From Candidatus Omnitrophota bacterium (lineage in GTDB: Bacteria; Omnitrophota; Gorgyraeia; JAZDFF01), in assembly GCA_043808095.1 (NCBI GenBank), contig JAZDFF010000031.1:37073-101072 (forward strand): a DNA stretch of 64,000 nt. The letters run 5' to 3'. The translations under genes and the position numbers were made by a program. The notes beneath the pieces were generated by a model. It saw only the letters and a list, made by a program, of their open reading frames with translations. It had not been told where the DNA came from and made no database searches. This document shows, piece after piece, positions 58,826 to 64,000 of this stretch. Positions within the stretch are counted from its first letter, which is position 1, and each line of letters opens with the position of its first letter.

Positions 58826-60175
58826 ATGTTTTCAAAAATTCTCATCGCCAATAGAGGCGAAATCGCCTTAAGAATAATCCGTGCATGTAAAGAACTTGGA
58901 ATCAGGACGGTAGCCGTATATTCACAGGCAGATAAAGAATCTTTACATGTACAGTTTGCCGATGAAGCTGTATGCATCGGCCCTGCCAGTAGTTCTGAAA
59001 GCTACCTTAATATCCCCGCTATTATCAGTGCCGCTGAAATTACCGACGTGGAAGCAATCCATCCGGGATATGGTTTTTTAGCGGAAAATCCGCATTTCGC
59101 CGAGATCTGCGAATCATGCCAGATTGCTTTTATCGGGCCTAGCCCTGCGACCATGAGACTTATGGGCGACAAAATGGCAGCAAGAATAGCTATGAAAAAA
59201 GCAGGTCTTCCAATTATCCCAGGCAGCACCTCTCTTATTAAAGGAAAAGATGATGCCTTAAAGACCGCCAAGCGCATCGGCTATCCTGTGGTCATTAAGG
59301 CAGCAGCCGGCGGAGGCGGAAGAGGCATGCGTATTTGTCATAATGATATAAGGCTGATCAGCGCGATGATGACTGCCCAGTCCGAAGCCGAGGCGGCCTT
59401 TGGAAATGACGCTGTATACATAGAAAAATGTATTTCCGACACCAGGCATATTGAATTTCAGATTTTAGCGGATAATTACGGCCATGTAATTCATCTTGGC
59501 GAAAGAGATTGCAGCCTACAAAGGAGGTATCAAAAAATATTAGAAGAAACTCCCTCAACGGTATTAGATGCCCGGCAACGTCATAAGATCGGAGAGATGG
59601 CTGTCAGGGCAGCCAAATCCGTGGGGTATCGCAATGTCGGCACAATGGAATTTTTAGTTGAAAAATCCGGAAATTTTTATTTTATGGAGATGAACACGCG
59701 CATCCAGGTTGAACATGCAATAACCGAAATGGTTACTGGCATAGACCTGATAAAAGAACAGATTCACATAGCTTGCGGTGAAAAACTTAAAATACAGCAG
59801 GATGACGTAAAGATCCATGGTCACGCTGTTGAGTGCCGAATCAATGCTGAAGACCCGGAAAATGATTTTATGCCTTGTCCGGGAAAAATTCAGATTTATA
59901 ATCTGCCGGGCGGATTTGGCGTGCGCGTAGACACGCATATCTATACCGGTTATGAGATAAGCCCGCACTACGATTCATTAATCGCTAAATTAATTACTCA
60001 CGCAAACACCAGGATTGAGGCGATAAAAATTATGAAGCGTGCCCTTGATGAATTTATCATTGAGCCGATTAAAACCACAATTGCCGTGCATAAAAGTATC
60101 GTTGATAATCCATTATTTTTAAAAGGTGAAATAAATACGAACTTTGTGGAAAAGATCTTTAAAAAGAAAGAGTAA
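58826..60175 (+). CDS. accC: Biotin carboxylase
   Basis: [38 protein letters not shown]. Confidence 0.97.
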   Translation: MFSKILIANRGEIALRIIRACKELGIRTVAVYSQADKESLHVQFADEAVCIGPASSSESYLNIPAIISAAEITDVEAIHPGYGFLAENPHFAEICESCQIAFIGPSPATMRLMGDKMAARIAMKKAGLPIIPGSTSLIKGKDDALKTAKRIGYPVVIKAAAGGGGRGMRICHNDIRLISAMMTAQSEAEAAFGNDAVYIEKCISDTRHIEFQILADNYGHVIHLGERDCSLQRRYQKILEETPSTVLDARQRHKIGEMAVRAAKSVGYRNVGTMEFLVEKSGNFYFMEMNTRIQVEHAITEMVTGIDLIKEQIHIACGEKLKIQQDDVKIHGHAVECRINAEDPENDFMPCPGKIQIYNLPGGFGVRVDTHIYTGYEISPHYDSLIAKLITHANTRIEAIKIMKRALDEFIIEPIKTTIAVHKSIVDNPLFLKGEINTNFVEKIFKKKE

Positions 60176-60186
60176 GGAGCCAGACT

Positions 60187-60543
60187 ATGAGAGAAACAAC
60201 CAGCAATGATTTTGGCATAGTAAAAATACATAAAAAAGTTATAAGCTCTATCGCCTCGATTGCTACCAAAGAGGTAGAGGGCGTAGTGAAAATCGGAGGA
60301 AGTTTTAAAAGTAGTTTACTCCAATCGTTACTGAAAAGTGACTATTGCGCCATTATCGTCGACATAGACAAGAACAATGAAGTCAGGATTTCAATACCCG
60401 TCGTAATTCGATACGGCTTTAATCTACCTTCTGTTGCTGGCCAAATCCAAGATAATGTACGTAAGGCCTTTGAAAAAATGACGGATTTATCTCTAAAAGA
60501 GATTAATGTAAATGTCCAGGAAATTGAAGGGGGTAATAAATGA
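60187..60543 (+). CDS. Asp23/Gls24-family protein
   Basis: G.VKI...VI.SIA, YGFNLP.VA..IQ..V..MT.L....INV.V. Confidence 0.8.
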   Translation: MRETTSNDFGIVKIHKKVISSIASIATKEVEGVVKIGGSFKSSLLQSLLKSDYCAIIVDIDKNNEVRISIPVVIRYGFNLPSVAGQIQDNVRKAFEKMTDLSLKEINVNVQEIEGGNK

Positions 60544-61139
60544 AATTTTTTACTTATTTGGGAGTAAGTTTTAATACCTTTTTAACTTTAGTCATTGGTT
60601 TACTTCTAATATTATTTGCCTTACAGATAATCACCATCGAGCATATTACAGCTGCTCTCTATTTTATCGAAGGCCAGCAGCTGGCCATCGGTTTAATCGG
60701 ATTTTTATTCATCTTAACTGGCTTTGCCCTTTCACAGTCAATTTTAGGTAAGATTCAGCGTGAGAAAACAGTTGCCTTTACTAATCCTCAAGGAGAAGTA
60801 ATTGTATCTTTGACTGCCGTAGAAGACCTTATCCGCAGAATAATTTCAATAATTCCAGAGGTAAAAGATTCCCGGCCGACTGTCATAGCAGGTAAAAAGG
60901 GTATCAGCATTGACCTGCGCCTTACATTAAGGACAGAGGTAAATATACCGGAGTTTACCTCTAGACTACAAGAATTAGTCAGATCTAGAATTCAGGATAT
61001 TCTCGGTGTTGAAGAGACTATTAGCATCAGGATTTTTGTAGTAAAGATTTCCGTGGATGAACCCAGAAAAAAGAAAGAGGCTCAGCATCAAGAAGACGAA
61101 CCAATTATTCCGTTTCAAGGCTACGGTAAGAACTTATAA
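60540..61139 (+). CDS. AmaP-like membrane anchor of Asp23
   Basis: Two N-terminal TMs, GEVIVSL.AVEDL; follows asp23. Confidence 0.65.
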   Translation: MKFFTYLGVSFNTFLTLVIGLLLILFALQIITIEHITAALYFIEGQQLAIGLIGFLFILTGFALSQSILGKIQREKTVAFTNPQGEVIVSLTAVEDLIRRIISIIPEVKDSRPTVIAGKKGISIDLRLTLRTEVNIPEFTSRLQELVRSRIQDILGVEETISIRIFVVKISVDEPRKKKEAQHQEDEPIIPFQGYGKNL

Positions 61140-61304
61140 TAAAGATTGATTCCTATGATTGAAAAAATGATTGCAGTGATTTTTAATAAGATTCCAGAGA
61201 TTATCTCACTGAGTTTGAATCGCCGTAATCTGTTTTACTAATCACTGTAATCAAGGGCGGCACTTTTGTGGCGCCCTAATGATTTGAAGAAAGGAGAGGT
61301 TTTA

Positions 61305-62333
61305 ATGCCAAAGATTGGAATATTAACAGGCGGCGGCGATTGTCCCGGGTTAAACCCTGTTATCCGAGCCGTTGTAAGAAAAGGTTTTAATGAAGGCTAT
61401 GAAGTGGTAGGGATTAAAAATGGCTGGAAAGGGCTGATTGAAAATGATACTTGCGTTCTTACTTTAGGAAATGTCTCGGGAATTCTTCCTAAGGGAGGTA
61501 CCATACTGGGTACAAGTCGGACTAATCCTTATAAAAAACCGGAAGACGTTAAGAAAATGCTCCAGAATTATAAACAATTAGGACTCTGTGCCCTGATAGC
61601 CGTAGGCGGCGAGGATACCTTGGGTGTAGCCACGAAGTTAATAAAAGATGGTTTAAAAATCGTTGGCGTTCCCAAGACCATAGACAATGACATTTCAGCA
61701 ACCGATTATACCTTTGGATTTGATACCGCATTAAATACTGCTACTGAATGTATAGACAGATTACATACTACCGCAGAAAGTCATCATCGTATAATTGTGG
61801 TTGAGGTTATGGGCCGCCATGCCGGTTGGATTGCTACTGAAGCAGGAATTGCAGGAGGGGCTGATGTTATTTTAATTCCTGAGCTTCCTATTGATATAAA
61901 GGAGGTCTGCGACCTTATTAAAAAGCGGCACCAAAGAGGAAAGACCTTTAGCATTATAATAGTTGCCGAAGGTGCCCAATTTAAAGTAGGGCAGGCAATT
62001 ACCCAAGAGACTAATTTAGATGAATTTGGCCATGCCAGATTAGGCGGCATCGGCGATCAATTGGGAAAAATTATTGAAAAAGAAACCGGATATGAAACCA
62101 GAGTTTCGGTATTGGGCCATCTTCAAAGAGGAGGTACTCCTTCGGCGTTTGACCGAGTCTTAGGCACCCGTTTTGGTATCAAGGCGGTTGAGTTGGTCAA
62201 AAAAGACGACTTTGGCAAGATGGTTGCCTTATCCGGAAATAAAATTATAGCCATACCTATTGAAGAATCAGTTAAGGAATTAAAGACAGTAGATATGGAA
62301 CTATACGGTATTGCTAGGGAGTTTTTTGGCTAA
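61305..62333 (+). CDS. pfkA: 6-phosphofructokinase
   Basis: GGGDCPGLN, GGTILGTSR, PKTIDND, EVMGRHAGW; ATG at 61305 follows an AGGAGAGG RBS. Confidence 0.93.
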   Translation: MPKIGILTGGGDCPGLNPVIRAVVRKGFNEGYEVVGIKNGWKGLIENDTCVLTLGNVSGILPKGGTILGTSRTNPYKKPEDVKKMLQNYKQLGLCALIAVGGEDTLGVATKLIKDGLKIVGVPKTIDNDISATDYTFGFDTALNTATECIDRLHTTAESHHRIIVVEVMGRHAGWIATEAGIAGGADVILIPELPIDIKEVCDLIKKRHQRGKTFSIIIVAEGAQFKVGQAITQETNLDEFGHARLGGIGDQLGKIIEKETGYETRVSVLGHLQRGGTPSAFDRVLGTRFGIKAVELVKKDDFGKMVALSGNKIIAIPIEESVKELKTVDMELYGIAREFFG

Positions 62334-62399
62334 GTGAGGACATTACTTATGCCTGCCTTCCGATGAGGCAGGTGTTCGTAAGTTATACGCTCATTAAAT

Positions 62400-62966
62400 A
62401 TGAAAAATACAATTCGCAGAATACTTCAGGATTCAATCAAGGTAAAAGAAAATGTCCTGAAGACGCAGATTTTGGTCATTGAGAAAGTTGCCAGAGAAGT
62501 TATTGCATGTCTTAAAACCGGTCACAAGATAATCTTCTTGGGAAACGGCGGTTCAGCAGCTGACAGTCAACACTTGGCTGCAGAGCTGGTGGGAAGATTT
62601 CAGAAGAATAGACGTGGTCTTGCTGCCATTTCTTTAAATGTAAATACCTCGGTCATAACTGCCTTGGCCAATGATTATGGCTATGAGTATGTATTTTCAA
62701 AACAGCTTGAGGCCCTGGCAGAAAAAGGCGATCTTGTCATCGCCATTTCTACAAGTGGCAATGCCAAAAATGTGATTATGGCAGTAAAAAAAGCTGGGGC
62801 AATGAAGATTAAGACTATCGGGTTAACTGGTGGGACAGGAGGAGACCTGACAAAATTAGCAGACACCTCAATTACTATTGCTTCCAAAATTACCGCCAGG
62901 ATCCAGGAAGCGCATATCTGTATTGGGCATATAATCTGTGAATTAGTCGAAGAGGCATTGTTTTGA
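62400..62966 (+). CDS. gmhA: Phosphoheptose isomerase
   Basis: GNGGSAADSQH, NDYG, STSGN, RIQEAH. Confidence 0.94.
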   Translation: MKNTIRRILQDSIKVKENVLKTQILVIEKVAREVIACLKTGHKIIFLGNGGSAADSQHLAAELVGRFQKNRRGLAAISLNVNTSVITALANDYGYEYVFSKQLEALAEKGDLVIAISTSGNAKNVIMAVKKAGAMKIKTIGLTGGTGGDLTKLADTSITIASKITARIQEAHICIGHIICELVEEALF

Positions 62967-63451
62967 TGATCAAAGTAAAAATTAAAAGCCAGAATCAGCT
63001 TAAAGAAATCCTTAATAAGTTAAGAATAAGGGGGAAAACAATAGTTTTTACGAACGGATGTTTTGATCTTTTGCATTACGGTCATGTAAAATGCCTTGAA
63101 GAGGCAAAGAAACTCGGTGATTACCTGATTGTGGCTGTAAATAGCGATAGTTCTGTTCGGCGCCTGAAAGGAAAAAATAGGCCAATTACGCCAGAGGCCT
63201 CAAGGGCTAGGATCATCGCTGCCTTAGAAAGCGTAGATTTTGTTACTATTTTTAATGAAGACACGCCATTAAATTTAATTAAAAAAATTCGGCCTGATGT
63301 ATTAGTCAAGGGGGCAGATTGGAAGGTCAAAAATATCGTCGGCAGGGATGTTCTGGCTAATTACGGTGCTAGGATTTCGACTGTTCCATTAGTAAAAGGT
63401 TATTCGACAACCGAATTCATTAAGAAAATTGCCAAAAGTTTTTTTAGATAA
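62963..63451 (+). CDS. rfaE2: D-glycero-beta-D-manno-heptose 1-phosphate adenylyltransferase
   Basis: FTNGCFDLLHYGH, NSDSSVRRLKG, KGADW. Confidence 0.92.
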   Translation: MMIKVKIKSQNQLKEILNKLRIRGKTIVFTNGCFDLLHYGHVKCLEEAKKLGDYLIVAVNSDSSVRRLKGKNRPITPEASRARIIAALESVDFVTIFNEDTPLNLIKKIRPDVLVKGADWKVKNIVGRDVLANYGARISTVPLVKGYSTTEFIKKIAKSFFR

Positions 63452-63866
63452 AAAAATATTGCGTTTAATCGACGCAAATTTAAATCGCATAAAAGAGGGC
63501 ATTCGGGTCTTAGAAGATATCAACCGGTTTGTGCTTGATGACAAGTGTTCTTCAGGAGACCTTAAAAAGATTCGGCATCATATTTTTAGATTAATCAAAA
63601 GCCTTCCCATTAGAGTCGATACCCTCATTTATGCCAGAGAAATAGAGTCTGACGTCGGACGCCCAAGCATCAAATCCGAAAACAAAAGAAGGAATTTAGA
63701 AGATATATTCTGTGCAAATGTCCAGCGGATTAAGGAATCTCTCCGGGTCTTAGAAGAGTTTTCAAAACTTTTTAATGCAAAAATAGCTACTGAATTTAAA
63801 TTTATAAGATACAAAGTATATGGCCTGGAGAAAAAAACAATAAAAAGAATCAGGGATTGTAAATAA
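63429..63866 (+). CDS. Stand-alone ThiD2-like domain (the N-terminal domain of long ThiE)
   Basis: RLIDANLNRIKEGIRVLED, ESLRVLEEFSK, IRYKVY.LEK. Confidence 0.75.
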   Translation: MPKVFLDKKILRLIDANLNRIKEGIRVLEDINRFVLDDKCSSGDLKKIRHHIFRLIKSLPIRVDTLIYAREIESDVGRPSIKSENKRRNLEDIFCANVQRIKESLRVLEEFSKLFNAKIATEFKFIRYKVYGLEKKTIKRIRDCK

Positions 63867-63874
63867 ATTTGAAG

Positions 63875-64000
63875 ATGACTCGACTAGATTTAGCAAAAAG
63901 CGGAAAAATCACTGGCGAAATGAAAAGGGTCGCCAAATTTGAGCATACAGCCCCTGAGATTATTAGAGATGGCATTGCCAAGGGTAAGATAGTCATCCCT
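63875..64000 (+). CDS. thiC: Phosphomethylpyrimidine synthase, 5' fragment
   Basis: MTRLDLAKSGKITGEMKRVA...IRDGIAKGKIVIP. Confidence 0.8.
   Translation, partial: MTRLDLAKSGKITGEMKRVAKFEHTAPEIIRDGIAKGKIVIP

Noticed and set aside
497-63814. Numerous 60-165 aa antisense and alternate-frame ORFs in the track (e.g. 6119-6598, 8483-8977, 25783-26184, 53830-54066)
   Set aside because: They shadow well-supported genes and show no recognisable motifs.
1-64000. tRNA, rRNA, retron or DGR components
   Set aside because: No cloverleaf, rRNA-like sequence, reverse transcriptase or adenine-specific TR/VR pair was recognised; the RHS duplicate differs mostly at synonymous sites involving all bases.

Overview
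Bacterial chromosomal window of about 40% GC (estimated by eye). Gene content and style suggest a diderm anaerobe, plausibly Candidatus Omnitrophota (inference). Almost everything is on the + strand. Contents in order: (1) end of the spc/alpha ribosomal operon (secY to rplQ); (2) an aspC-leuC-pilT-leuD-icd/leuB-mdh-lpdA-lipB metabolic run; (3) an accessory region (15.5-39.4 kb) with three multi-TM sensor kinases, an AbiEii/HTH pair, two GxxExxY nuclease-fold genes, a small-molecule biosynthetic cassette (SRPBCC, acyl-ACP-reductase-like, alpha-oxoamine synthase, acetoacetate-decarboxylase-like) linked to kinase/RR/HD-GYP genes, a RelE/Phd TA pair, and an RHS toxin-immunity array with orphan modules and a RAYT-type transposase; (4) glycolipid genes, pcm and a cobalamin-riboswitch-controlled B12 uptake/salvage operon; (5) housekeeping genes from rpsU to the start of thiC. 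There are two main candidate novel systems. The first is a set of at least 8 sequence families of intergenic hairpin elements with tandem-repeat arms; two families also occur as loaded copies that bracket a GxxExxY gene, and smaller GC hairpins are nested inside several of them. The second is a putative quorum-sensing-like locus in which an AT-rich synthase plus sensor-domain cassette is paired with orphan receptor paralogues. No tRNA, rRNA or CRISPR array was seen. All calls come from motif recognition without database searches.
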